From: Nemertoderma westbladi
Taxonomy: Eukaryota; Animalia; Xenacoelomorpha
Assembly (NCBI GenBank): GCA_032718475.1
Contig: JAUCBJ010002739.1
Span: forward strand, 1-64,000
Length of the DNA: 64,000 bases
Direction of reading: 5' to 3'
The notes under the pieces: model-generated
The model's database searches: none
What the model saw: the letters and a program-made list of their open reading frames with translations, nothing else
What the model was told of the DNA's origin: nothing
Part shown: piece by piece, positions 48,649 through 61,616 of the stretch
Position numbering within the stretch: position 1 is the stretch's first letter
How the letters are laid out: each line of letters opens with the position of its first letter
Program-made: the position numbers and the translations under genes

Positions 48649-51342
48649 TACTACTACTACTAGGTCGAGCAAGCGAACTCGGACAGTGGAAATGAGATCC
48701 TTCCAGGCTTCCCGATTCTCCATAAGTTATCCCAATTTCGTTTCTCCCAAGTTCAGTATCCCTTTCAAGTTTATCTATATATGTTGTGGCCGGTCGTCCA
48801 CGACTACGCTTTCCATGAGTTGGTTGCCAGAGAAGTAGATCTGGTATGATCTCGTCTTTACTTCGCCAGCAGTGCCCACTGAATCTTAATCTGCGTTCAC
48901 AGAGGGTGGTTGATACAGGTGGTATTGTACCATAAAGCTCGGCGTTTGTCATGTGTTGTCTCCAGCTGATGTTTAGGGCTGCCCTTAGTAGTCTTGTGTA
49001 GCAACCATCAATTCGTTGTTCAAGTGATTTAGTCAGTGTCCAGGTCTCACCCCCGTATAAAAATACACTTTCCACTGTGGCTCGAAAGAACTTATAGTCT
49101 TCAGGTGCCTGGAGAGATCTGATTTCCAGATGGCATCCAATTTGATAGAGCTACCCAAGCCTTTGCTTTCCTAACTTCTATGTCCTTTTTGCTACTCTCT
49201 ATCCATGATCCAAGGTACTGGAAGTCATTGACCTTCCTTTGTTGATTACTATTAATGGTTGTTAAGTTTCCATCAACATTAAAGGTCATGAATTCGGTCT
49301 TTGTAGCATTTATATACAATCCAACCTCCTTAGCAGCCCTCTCCACTTTATTTAGTAGAAGTTGTGCATCTGCTAGCGTATTAGAGAGCAGGGCGATGTC
49401 ATCCGCAAAGTCGGTGCCTGTGACTGTAGTTGCCGGATATCTACTACTTCTGCGTTCTTGAAGTGTGAATCCCAGATCTTCACCCTTTGTGGCCGTCCTC
49501 ATTGCGTAATCCAGCACAATTACAAATAGTAATGGTGCTAATGTCGTGTCACCTTGCAGTACGCCAGCCAGGATTGAGAAAAACTCAGTTTCACCATCTG
49601 GTGAGAGTACCTGCGCTTCTGTGTCACAATATGACAATCCAATGCCAGCAACAATTACTTCTGGTATTCCATAAGCTCTTAGGATTTCAAGCATTATACC
49701 TCCATGGATGGAGTCGAATGCCTTCTTGAAGTCCACAAAAGTGATGACTGCTGGGAGATTCTTTGACTTAATTCCTTCAATCAGTCTCCGTAGTGCAAGT
49801 ATCTGAGCTATTGTTGAACTACTTGGTCGAAATCCGTTTGGCTCTTACGCAGTAGTTTCTCTATGTGAGGCCTAATCCTATATAGAAAATTTTTATTGTT
49901 ATTTTATTGTTTATTATATGTGTTGTATTTATTTTAACATCCGGTTGCAAACATTCAATAATGGTCTGTTTAGCACTCCGGGTTTCCATACCTCCGCTGG
50001 GATTTCATCTAATCCACTCGCTTTATTATTGGACATGCTTTTAATGCTTCTTTGGAGTTCGGCAGGTGTGAGGCTGACCTCGATGTTTGGTGGCTGCCCA
50101 AGCAAGTTGCTGAAGTTAATTTTCCACTTACCAACACGTTCTTCAGGACTATCGGCTTTGAGGCGCCCCTTTGCACAACTTTTCCGACCAGATACCTCAT
50201 GTACAGTTTGCCAGGTAAGTCTTGATTGTTGCTGTATGTGAGCAGTTGTAATTGCTTCAGTTTTATCCTGTATGTACTTTTCCTGGCTGATGTTGTAGGC
50301 CAATTTAAGATTGTCCTTAGCTTTCTCAACCTTGTTAATGTTTTCGGTTGTTGGTTATTTGGTTTTAACTTTGTAGGCTATCTTAAGATCTTCTCTCTCA
50401 AGAGTAACCTCAGAGTTTTGCCATGGCACATACTGTTTTCGTTTGGGTTTCTGGGGGATATGCCTCTTAGCTGATTCTTTGTGGGCTGTTATTATATTCT
50501 GGTATATTGAATTGGTTATTGAATTGAATTGAATGGGTATATTATCTTCATCCATTGACTGAAGTGCTTCAAAGCGGTTTTGAACTTCTACTGTATAAGC
50601 ATCCTTTACAACATTATCAGTCAGTTCTGAGTTTCTCCCAGTCATATTTGATTTGCTTGCTTGTCCTGGGTTTGCTGGCTCTCAAACTGAGTCTGATCTA
50701 TGCAGTCACAATTATGTGGTCCGAACCAATTAGGTTGAACGAGCTGTATGCCTCGCAGTTGATCATGCTGTTTCTCCGCTTTTTGTTTATAAGGATGTAA
50801 TCCAGTTGTGCTTTGGTTCCATTAGGGTATTGAAAGGTCCATAGCTTCCCCATACTCTTTCCGAATGTGTTGTTTGTTGGTATCAATTCACATTCTTCCA
50901 TTAGGTCTAAAAGTAAGTACCCATTTCTGTTAGAATGGTGTTATAGGTGTAACCCTTGATGTCTTCTGGGCCAATTTGAGCATTCAGGTCACCAGCAATG
51001 ACTTTAAAATTGTGTTTCGGAATGTCCTTTATAAGTCCAGTCAGTTCTTCATAAAACTTGACTGATTGTTTTGGCTCTGAGGCATTGGTTGGACCGTAGC
51101 AACATATAACTGTTGCCTTGGGATTCCCATCAAATGTTGCGATCATAACCCTGGAATTTATAGATTCGATGTTGTTTAGGGTTTTAAGTGCAAATGGGCT
51201 TAGCAGAATTCCTACTCCACCAATTGATGCATTGGCCGAGTTTCTTACTGCTGAGCTTGTTACTAACGTCCATCCATTTCCAATGTCATTGTACTTCATG
51301 GCCGTGTTTTCATGACAAATCCGATGTTCTTGGATGCAGATA
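48649..51342 (-). mobile_element. Second RTE LINE copy, same family, degenerate, includes partial AP endonuclease; 9-bp TSD TTTGCCAAC
   Basis: APE motifs CIQEHR, AGDLNA, LDYIL, SDH; frameshifted RT; (AGT)n tail; TTTGCCAAC at 48640-48648 and 51343-51351. Confidence 0.93.
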
Positions 51343-51749
51343 TTTGCCAACATAATGGCTTAATAACGTAATTATAAAAATAATATTGTAATTACTGTAA
51401 TTAGCTTACTGTACAGTATGTCTTGTTTCTGTTTGTGTCTTTTTACTTTAGTACAGTAGAAACTGTAGGGTAGTTTGTAAACTATCCCGAAGTGCCCAGT
51501 GTAAAAAAATCAACCAACTGACCAATCAATACCGGCACTGACTGACGACTGAATCTTCACTGCCTACGAACGTTATAAATCCCACGCCCACCAACCGTAA
51601 AACAATTAGAATCCTCACCTCTCTGTGCCTGCTGCTGTATAACAGAAAAGTCAACTCCCAATAAAAGTTCTACACTCTTTGCTCCTTCACACATGTCACA
51701 GCAGCCTAACTACTACACTACTGCTGTACTAATGGCTCATTACCCCCCA

Positions 51750-52800
51750 AGCTGACAGCTAGGGTAAATCACTACGCGTAGGTCCTACGCGAACTACGCG
51801 TAGATGCTACTGTACGCATAACTACGCGTAGGTTCTACCCATAACTACACGTAGGTGCTACTGTACGTATAACTACGCGTAGGAGCTACCCATAACTATG
51901 CCTATACGACCTTTATCAATAGTACAGTAGGCCTACGTATACCAAGCGGTTCAGTACAAAAATAAGACCGTCACATATACAACCATCAAATATGCTTTCA
52001 ACAGAAATGTCTCCTATACCTGTATACTCCATGTAGTGGCATACGGCGCTACTACATATTCTTCACTTCTTCATGGTTGCGCTCGCTATAATGTGTTACA
52101 GTATAATAATGTTTAGAGTTCAAAAATAGTTTACAAGGAAGCAGGCCGGTGGTTCTTATCGATTCTCCATTGCCATTTATTGCCTTTGTTCACGATAGGG
52201 AAAGGATATATTTAATGTGCTAACCCGACTGACAAGGAAAGGGGGAGACTAATTGTCTACCATGGATTGGTTGCACTTGTTATTTAATTAAACAATTGAA
52301 TTATACAGTATTATCAGCTTTCGCTTAACCACTTCACCGGACTGGTAGCTTATTGTACTGTAGAATATTTAAATTATCCAATAGAAACAAAGATACTTGG
52401 TAAAGACTACGTAAATTTTTAGTCTACTTTTTATTCATCCTGTTTAGAGAGATGAGCTTCCGATTCTGTTATTCCGTTTGTCTGATAATCATATACCGAT
52501 ACAGCGATACTTGCCTCTAACAACTTAAAGCCCTGCCCCGGACCTGAAATGAAAAATCTTTGTTATCAGGACCTCTACGCGTAGCTACGTATAGCATATA
52601 CGTGAAGTGCTACGCGTAGTTCCAAAATACCTACGCCGCAACGCGTAGTTGTTAAAAAGACAGTAAGTCTGGCCCTACTGGTAAATGACAGGAATGGAAG
52701 TTACAAACCACACGTAGCTACGCCTAGGTTGGAAAGATATACCCGGCAGCTACAGGTACGAGAGTTGAGTTTGGACTTTTGACTGTTCAGCTGTTTGAGG
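51750..52800. repeat. Probable non-autonomous DNA element with CTACGCGTAG subterminal repeats
   Basis: Clusters of the palindrome CTACGCGTAG at ~51770-51900 and ~52570-52730. Termini not resolved. Confidence 0.4.
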
Positions 52801-53192
52801 TAGGTTAGACCGCGGTAGGCGTGCGTTGCGTAGGCCAGTAGGCTTACCGCTGCACGCTGTACCGCTTTATCCCTACAGCCCTAGCACCTACCAGCCTACC
52901 TGCCTGCCTGCCTACAGACAGACAGACCTAGAAACCAAGCAGCCAAGGACTACCTAGCACCTAGTGCAGTACCTGCAGTAGTGCCTATGCGGGTCCGTCA
53001 GTTCAGTCCGTAATGTCTCACTGTCTGAATGTTAATGCTGTACTGCTGTAGGCTACCGGTTTGAGTTAGATTGTTCTGTTGTTAGCTGCTTCTGTTTTAA
53101 GCTGTTAACTCAGTACAGCAGTAGGGCTGTAGGGCCTACTGCAGTAACTGCAAACTGTCTGTGTCTGACAGTTGAAGAAACAAGGAGAGGAA

Positions 53193-53390
53193 ATGTCGTC
53201 TCCAGACAATGTTATAACTAATTGGAGTGTCAATGGACCTTCGTATATGGGATTCGAGCTGCAAGAACCCCATGTATTGCAGTCTAATATTAATTGCATG
53301 TCGTGGAAGGGTCACACTGCCAGCTCCTCAACGATACCTTCTGTTAGTTTGGCGTCTGGAATCTCAACAAATCGTCCCAGCCAATCTCAA
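53193..53390 (+). CDS. TULP4: Probable first coding exon of a TULP4 (tubby-related protein 4)-like gene
   Basis: Acceptor gacag| at 53171, ATG 53193, donor CAA|GTAAGT at 53391. SNINCMSWKG resembles the recalled TULP4 N-terminus SNILCLSWKG. Confidence 0.65.
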
Positions 53391-54933
53391 GTAAGTTCAC
53401 TTTTTATGCCATGACAAGCTGACAAGTGTTAGGGGAAGGTGGGGGAATTAGAAACATGGGGTAATTAGAAGCAATGGCTACTACATGAATGCTTTTGTAT
53501 TTATAGACATGACATTTTGATGTTTCTTGAGATAAATTATTGGTGATTATTTTTCCAATAGGAATATGGCGTTTATTTTCACTTCTTCATTGTCAAATCG
53601 CTGATTGTATAAGCAGATAAGAGATGAAAAAAAAAATCAAATTTTCGATTATTTTTTTGCAAATTTACAGATGGCTGGATGGATTGTGAGCGATGTCGTA
53701 TTCCAATCATCTTAAGCAATAGCTTAATTTAAAGCTTATTATGTCCTCTATACAGTAGACAACCTAATTAAATGATAGCATAATTAAAAATTTGTTTGTT
53801 CAACATGATTTTAAAAATGGTCAAATTTTGGTGCCATGGGGTAATTGGAAACATTATTTTTTTATAACTTGTAAGTTTTCCTTGTAATACAGTAGTCTCC
53901 AGCTCCAGCGGCTCCAGCTGGGAGCTGGATAAACTGGAAGTGGCCGGTAAAGGAGGATCTTTGTTTTTACTCTAAAGACAAAGTAATTCAGTAGATATAC
54001 CAAATTACCAAGTAGCACCATGTAATAATCGTGGTGTGTTTTGTATACCAGCCATGCTAAAATACATTGCCCAAGGACCAAGCGCTACTTAAAACAATAT
54101 CTGTGCTATATATATTTCTGCTGAAGGCCCATATACCTGTATACAGTACAGAAGTATAACCAACAACTTTATGCAATAATTTGACTATGCAATATCTTGC
54201 AATAGGCATAATAACTTACTTGTAGGTGTTTAATTTAGTTATATAAAGTGCTATAATTAGTTTGAGGTAGAATAAAATGTCTGTCCTTATCTGATCTGAT
54301 CTGATCTGACAGCATCTGATCCTATAACCAATCAGGAGAAAGAGATATACTGATATAATATTTACCTAACTGTCTGTTAGGTAAATAGCCAATAGCTGAA
54401 TAGGGGATCACGTTTCACGTTGCTCTGTTATGTATCAGTATCATCATATGACGTAGCAGTACAGGCATACCGGTATGCATCTGATGCACAACGGCATATT
54501 ATTATATATTAAAAATGCGATATAGGATGAAGGATGGCGGGTATGAAAGTTGTGTGATTGTCCCAGCAAAGATGGATAGTTTCAGATGTAAACAACTTTC
54601 GTAGATTTAGTTGGTGTTGAAACATTAAACATTTATTAAAAACAATACAGCCTTTGCTGCAATATTTTCGTACTGTAAATCTTTCTTGTTAATAGTTATC
54701 ATTATTAATAGTTAAAGTTAATTACTGTATATTAATTATAATTACTATTATTAATTAAGTAATGATACTTATTAATACATTACATTTAAAATATTTATTG
54801 TTTGTTTGTTACACTAAACAGCTAAAGGGAAGGCAGGAAGGGCTATCTATCTAGGCCTATTGTGTAGTGTGTATATGACGAAACACTTAACATGCCCCAT
54901 ATTGCCAGCTGATATACAATGGAGTTTATACTC

Positions 54934-56030
54934 TGTAAAAGCTTTTGCGGACATAACAAGTCATTTTTCCCCGCAATGCGCAGTGTAGGTGCTTTTGCGG
55001 ACATAACAATGCATTTTTGCCGCAATGCGCATAATACTCTAAAAGATTGGAGCTCAGATGACGAAATCTGTCAGCTGGTTTCCTGTAAACGTGGAACTTT
55101 TCTTTGTTCTGCCTAGTCAGCCAATCAGAGCGATTTTCACTTTATTTCTGACAGAGGCCTATGGAAAACCGCGCAATGCATTACGGTCTTTGTTTACCTT
55201 TCTGAGCCTCAGAACCGGCTTGGAAATCTTCTGTACTTCTGTTGTGGAAGTTTCAGACTTTGGCCTAAACATCTGATGGCTTTGATTACAAGAACGTAAA
55301 ACTATTAACACACACATTGAACATTGCTGCACATGGAACACTACATAAGTAACACATACTGACTGTTCACCGCATTATTAACTTCTGTTATTAATTGTTG
55401 GTATATTGATGTATATTGCTGATATGTTTGGAGAATACCGATGAATAAATCATAAAACCCCCAATCTTCTTGATTACTGAAGGTGTGAGGAACAGGTTTA
55501 CCGGTAGCAACTGCGACTTACATTATAGTGGTTTTTTGTGTGAATTAAATGCTATTTCATAATCCCTACATGTGTCAGTTGCGATCCTCCTTATATATGA
55601 TCAAATTCAGTGACGGACGGCAGATCAGTGCGAAGTAGTGTGAAGGTTAATAAAGCATCTCCTAAAGAATGCGCTTTTTACGAAACTTTTTGGCCATCTA
55701 GTTGTGATTAGTATAAGTCATAACTCTGTTTTTATACTTAAAGCGCCACGTCCTAAAGGAACTGTTAATATTTCCCCGAAAGTAAATATATTGTCAGAGA
55801 TTATATATTAACGATCAATCGAATAATACAGTAGGTCTACACTGCAATCACTATCAAAGCATCCGAATCCAGTCTCCCATAAATCTGGGGGTGAATGGTC
55901 GCGCACAGACTGGCTTCGGCTGATGTAATTTCAGTACACTAAATAATTGATATAGGCTAAAGTCGATTTATAAACAAAGGGACAACTAAAATTGGCAGGT
56001 TAAACTGCTAAAGGTCTAAAAGCGCGAACA
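54934..56030 (+). mobile_element. Solo LTR (1097 bp) of the A/B/C BEL family, TSD TACTC
   Basis: TACTC|TGTAAAAGCTTTTG...AAAAGCGCGAACA|TACTC; homologous along its length to LTR C and to the 3' halves of LTRs A and B. Confidence 0.95.
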
Positions 56031-56689
56031 TACTCAGATGATGAAGGAATATGGGAAGGTGGATGGGAATGTGGGAATTAATAAACGCTGTTGTTACCTT
56101 CCAATTGAAGGAAAAGAGCAGGTTACAGCGGCTGTAATTTCTAACCAAAACAATAAACGACGTTTTACCTACAAATTGAGGGAAAGGAGCAGGTTACCGA
56201 GACAGGGTTTTCTAACCAAAACAATAAACGATTTTGTTACCTACCAATTGAGGGAAAGGAGAATATGTTACAACGGCGGCTTGTTTACACCCACCTTCTT
56301 ACTAACTGTCCGACTGACTGATCAATAGATCATCCCCTCAAAAAATAAAGGACATCGCGCACGCGCATAGAACACTTAGGCCTAATGAAGATAAATTTAA
56401 TAAAAAATATATCGACCAATAAAAAAATCGACCGAAAAGTGAAATCCTGGTATTCTTTACATGGGCGAAGAATACCAGACTTTATGCCGTTATATTTCAC
56501 TTTGCAGTTACCCCCATGTGAAGAATACCAGGTTTTCACCAAAAACACAGCAGCCGCTAAAAACAAATTTAAGATTTCTAGCTTATTTTATTTGAATTCC
56601 TTTTAGTTCGTTTCAGTTAGTCTTTTAGTTAGTATCGTTATTATTTTCAGAGCGGGAGGTGTTATATTGACCCCCCCCCCCCCCCCGGG

Positions 56690-56910
56690 TTTAAGGGGAA
56701 TACCGGGGAAACTTCACATGCTGGTTGACATAGGCAGAAAGTCCAGTACTCATTTAGCTACCATTTAAGGATGCAAGGCAGAGATGCCTCGCTAAACCCT
56801 TCAAAACATTCGTGCCGAAACGAAAACTACCTTGGCCCCCACGCCGGGGTTGAACCCACAACCTCCGAGATATGTGAATTCAATATAACCACTACACCAA
56901 GGTGCGCTCT
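56690..56910 (-). mobile_element. tRNA-derived SINE fragment
   Basis: Minus strand A-box TGGTGTAGTGG and B-box GGTTCAACCCC, followed by an AAATGAGTAC core-like body. No full cloverleaf. Confidence 0.6.
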
Positions 56911-57868
56911 GAACCAAGTTGGAACAAGTGTCAGATACCGTCAGATCAGATCAGATCAGATAAGGACAGACGTTTTAGCCATCCTAAATTAGTTTTCATA
57001 TATCAAAATTGTTGCTGGATGTCATTTATTTGCAAACATGCATATCTCTGTTAATTTTTTTAAGTTTGTGAACACTTTAAATATTAAACATATGTGGCAA
57101 CATAGGCATGTTATATATCAAAATGTGCGCAATTTAATCCACATTCTCATGGGGTAATTCGAAATATTCCAATTACCCCATGTGAATTTCTGGTTGATTT
57201 AAATATTGGGAGGCAAACCGTGTTTCCATTTACCCCATTGTGGGGTAAATGGAAACAATCTCGACTTAAAAAAAAAAATCTCGTCTGCCTGTCACTACTA
57301 GATAGTGATAGGCAGACGAGATAGGATGTTCTATTGTTAGCAGGGAGATGCATGATTCTAAATCTATAGTTATAATTCCTCTATAAATGTTTGTGTAGAA
57401 ATGAGGGCACTTTTAATTTTTTAAAATCCAAAAAGTGTTTCTAATTCCCCCACTTTCCCCTACCTAATGCCTGATTGCTGTCAGGCTGTGTAGGCGTAGG
57501 CCCCTAAAGCAGTGTGCAGCGTCTGAGCGTGCAGGTGAAACTAATAACTAAATAATATTCTGATATTACAGATATTGGATATACAGATATAGGGCCTACC
57601 GACCGGTCTGATTTATTTATTACAGTATTATACCGTCTACATCCGACCCGAATGTGGGCATTCCCGAAAGTGGGCACCAACTTTTTAAACTATAGCAGTA
57701 CCGGTATAGGGCTTAACCCATATAAATAGACCTAGGCCTACTTTAAATAATAATGAAAAATTAATTAAATAGGTTTTTTACTAAATCTGCTGACTAATTA
57801 ATATTTATTACTGTATTACATATTATAAGTAGATATTATTAAATTTCTGTATATTGTGAATCTTTCAG

Positions 57869-57946
57869 AGGTCAGGACTGCAGGAGGTTCCACAAAATCG
57901 TCGCCTGAAAGTTCGAGCGACGATTTGCTATAACATTTTCTTACAG
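57869..57946 (+). CDS. TULP4: Probable second coding exon of the TULP4-like gene (RSGLQEVPQNRRLKVRATICYNIFLQ)
   Basis: Acceptor ctttcag|, phase 0 matching the previous exon, open frame. The original donor CAG|GTATT is restored when element 57948-60933 is removed. Confidence 0.5.
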
Positions 57947-57947
57947 G

Positions 57948-60933
57948 CAGTAGGGAACATACCGGTTCTGACATACCCTTAAATAAGCTCCAAAAGTGGG
58001 TTCTTATGTAAGGAAAATGGCTCTTATTTAGGGGTTTTTGGGCCTTTTTTGATATTTTTTCGATATAATATGCAATAACTTGCTGACTTGTTTCAGGAAA
58101 AAATACCGGTACCGCATTATTTTATTTCACAATGTAAAAGTTGGGTCTTTCTTGAACATAATGCAAAAAAACAGAAAACAATTCACCGTCCGGTTTTTTT
58201 TCTAGAAGCGTTTTAAAATTGCATCAAAAATTCGATCAGTTCCTAAATAAGGCTGTAAGGGGGATTTTTTAAATTTACGTTATTTAAGATACCGGGTATC
58301 TAAATTGTACACATAAATACTAAAAGTCCCTAAATAAGAACTTTTTGACCTGGGTTTCTTATTTAGGAATACAATTGTATTCCAAAATCTGCACACTCCT
58401 TAAATAAATTAAATATTCCTGATTCCTTACAGTAGGCAGTAGGCGTTAGGCAGTTAGGCCTACACTTCTTTAATAATTCTTTGATTTATGTCAGTCTGTA
58501 TACAGTATCTGTATATTGCCATTTGTTGGGTTAAGAATAAGGACGATGGTTGCACTGCACTCTATAAATCGTCTATAGAATATCGTATCATAATGAAGTT
58601 GCTAGCACTGGCATTCTTACCTCATACGGTAGCATAGAATAGCCCATTGATATTCAAAAGAATAGCCCATCGCCCACCTGAGCGCACAGACATTGTCACG
58701 TATTTCGATATGAGACATGACTTAAGTAACTGGGCATCGCTGATCGCCGCACAGTTTAGAAAAACTAACTTGTGTCCTGCATTTCCTCTTCTGCTCCACA
58801 AAGATGGTTCGGTCGGGCAGCTGATAGGCGTTATGAAGGTTAAATATGATGACTGGATGACGTTTTGGCTCAACTGGCTCAGGCAGCAGTGGGACACGTT
58901 CGTGGGACCTTTGCGCAGCATGAAGTGAGCAAAGCCTTAGCTAGCCCTAGCTGATAGGGGCCCCATTAACGTGTTGTCTTTCGTTAGTCAGAGGCCGTTC
59001 AACACAATACTCGTCTCCTTAATTTTCCTCATTGCGTTCGTTTGTTTTTACCAAACTTCACAGATTATTTCTAATCTTTTGACAGACTACATACATGAAT
59101 GACCGAGTTATTCACTTATTAGCGATAAAAAATTTACGACGACGACAGACAATTCGTTAATGGCACCCATATGCTAAGGCTTCGCTCACTTGAACGTGGC
59201 TCTCCCTCTCCCCCACATTCAATCCGGTTCGACGCAGTTTGTTGCTCGTTGTTGCTCATTGCTGCTCGTTGTGCTTTATTATTTCTCGTTGTTTGTCATT
59301 GTTGCTCGTTGTTTGTCATTGTTGCTTGTTGGTGCTCATTGTTGCTTGTTAGTTGTAGTTAATTGTTGCTCATTGTGCTCGTTGTTGTACTCTATTATAG
59401 CTCGTTGTTGCTCATTATTGCTCATTGTTAGGTACTCGTTTCTCATTGTTGCTCGTTGTTGTACTTTATTATTGCTCACTGTTGCTCGTTGTTGCTCAAT
59501 ATTAGTCGCAGTTGCTCGTTCAGTCGTTCTTGCTCATTGTTGATCGTTGTTGTACTTTATTATTGCTCATTGTTGCTCGTTGTTGCTCAATGTTGCTCGT
59601 TGTTGTTCTTTATTTTTGCTCAGTGTTTCTCATTGTTGCTCGTTGTTGTACTTTATTATTGCTCGTTGTTGCTCAATGTTACTCGTTGTTACTCATTGTC
59701 ATTGTTGCTCATTGTTCCTCATGTCCTCATTATTGCTCGTTGTTTCTCGTTGTTGCTCGTTGTTGTACTTTATTATTGCTCGTTGTTGCTCATTACTACT
59801 CGTTGTTGCTCGTTGTTGTACTTTATTATTGCTCATTTTTGCTCGTTGTTGCTCATTGTTTCTCATTGTCTGATTGTTGCTCAATGTTACTCGTTGTTGC
59901 TCATTGTTACTCGTTGTTGCTCATTGTTACTCGTTGTTGCTCATTATTGCTCGTTCAGTCGTTGTTCCTCATTCTGTCATTATTGCTCGTTGTTGTACTT
60001 TATTATTGCTCACTGTTGTTCGTTGTTGCTCAATATTACTCGTAGTTGCTCGTTCAGTCGTTGGTGCTCATTGTTGCTCGTTGTTATACTTTATTATTTC
60101 TCATTGTTTCTCGTTGTTGCTCGTTGTTGTTCTTTATTATTGGTCATGGTCATTGTTGCTCAGTGTTTCTCATTGTTGCTCGTTGTTGCTCAATGTTACT
60201 CGTTGGTATACTTTATTATTGCTCATTGTTGCTCAATGTCACTCGTTGTTACTCATTGTCATTGTTGCTCATTGTTTGTTCCTCATGTCCTCATTATTGC
60301 TCGTTGTTGTACTTTATTATTGCTCGTTGTTGCTCATTGTTACTCATTGCTGTACTTTATTATTGCTCATTGTTTCTCAATGTTACTCGTTGTTGCTCAT
60401 TGTTACTCGTTGTTGCTCGTTCAGTCGTTGTTCCTCATTATTGCTCACTGTTCATTTGTTGCACGTCATTCGTTGAACACTGATTGAGCAACAATTCTGT
60501 TGCAATATTTAATTTATTTAAGGAGTATGCAGATTTTGGAATGAAATTGTATACCTAAATAAGAAACCCATGTCAAAAAGTTCTTATTTAATGACTTTTA
60601 GTATTTATGTGTACAATTTCGATGTCTTAAATAAGGTAAATTTAAAAAATCCCTCTTATTTATGAACTGGTCGTATTTTTCATGCAATTTTAAAACGCTT
60701 GTAGAAAAAAAACCGGACGGTGAAATGTTTTCTGGTTTTTTGCATTATGTTCAAGAAAGACCCAACTTCTATATTGTGAAATAAAATTATGCGGTATTTT
60801 TTTCCTGAAACAAGTTCTTGCATTATATGTCGAAAAAAATATCCAAAAAAGGCCCAAAGACCCCTAAATAAGAGCCATCTTCCTTAAATAAGAACCCACT
60901 TTTGGAGCTTATTTAAGGGTATCTTCCCTACTG
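57948..60933. mobile_element. Non-autonomous DNA transposon with ~430-470 bp TIRs, CAGTAGGGAA termini, 5-bp TSD ACAGG
   Basis: Arms 57948-58417 and 60504-60933 are reverse complements; ACAGG at 57943-57947 and 60934-60938. Confidence 0.88.
59235..60480. repeat. Degenerate low-complexity (TTG/CTC/ATT) repeat inside the long-TIR element
   Basis: Recurrent GCTCGTTGTT, GCTCATTGTT and GTACTTTATTATT units. Confidence 0.95.
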
Positions 60934-61616
60934 ACAGGTATTATTTATTCCCGGTAATCAAACACAAACCAAGTGCACCAATTACAATCGATTTAGATGC
61001 TAGTGGATTGAATTGCTGAATAGGGCATACGGGGGCTATTGAATATTACATCAGACTATTAATCTTTAAAATGTATAATACTGTAATACAGTAATAATCT
61101 GTAAAGTTGGTGTGTTCACTTTTGGGTACAAATTTGATCACTATTAGAATATTAACCTTAAGTGGGCATGCTTTTTCCAATTTATTTCCCTAATATGGGC
61201 ATGGCATTAGCATGGGCCTAATGGGGCAGTAGCAGTAGGTTCATATCAGTTTGCATAACGATCATGTTACGATCGTTTTACTCATTCTGTCATTCTACTC
61301 TGACATGGCTATGCCTTGATTGCCTTACATGCCTTACTGCCTTATGCCATTTATGGCCCATATGTCTGTATGTACATTGTACGTGTACTCTATACAATAC
61401 AGGTACTGGTACTATACAGCACATGTACGGCTGTACGGTTAGGGTTAGTTCTTAGTTGGACAGGCGCAGGCCTCAACCCAGTAACCCTAATATTGCAATT
61501 AAAAATTTAGCGTATTTTGGGCAATTTAACATTATTTCCATTTATAACATTTTAATTTATTTATTTATTACTGCATACTGGCATAGGCAGATAGGGGCCT
61601 ATTGTATTTATTTATC

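Larger units (their letters stand above)
54264..56986. mobile_element. Non-autonomous TIR element with 9-bp TSD AATTAGTTT (Mutator-like)
   Basis: Inverted ends TAAAA(T/C)GTCTGTCCTTATCTGATCTGATCTGATCTGAC; AATTAGTTT at 54255-54263 and 56987-56995. Confidence 0.7.
53432..57460. mobile_element. Non-autonomous TA-flanked DNA transposon (Tc1/mariner/pogo-like) containing nested insertions
   Basis: TA|GGGGAAGGTGGGGGAATTAGAAAC...GTTTCTAATTCCCCCACTTTCCCC|TA; repeated subterminal CATGGGGTAATT motifs. Confidence 0.8.

Noticed and set aside
56830-56910. tRNA gene
   Set aside because: A/B boxes present but no convincing acceptor or anticodon stems; treated as a SINE head.
58622-58928. Transposase remnant inside the long-TIR element
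   Set aside because: Short ORFs on both strands with no motif I recognise.
59171-60487. Hydrophobic Leu/Val/Cys 'membrane protein' ORFs
   Set aside because: Open in all three frames because the low-complexity repeat lacks stop codons.
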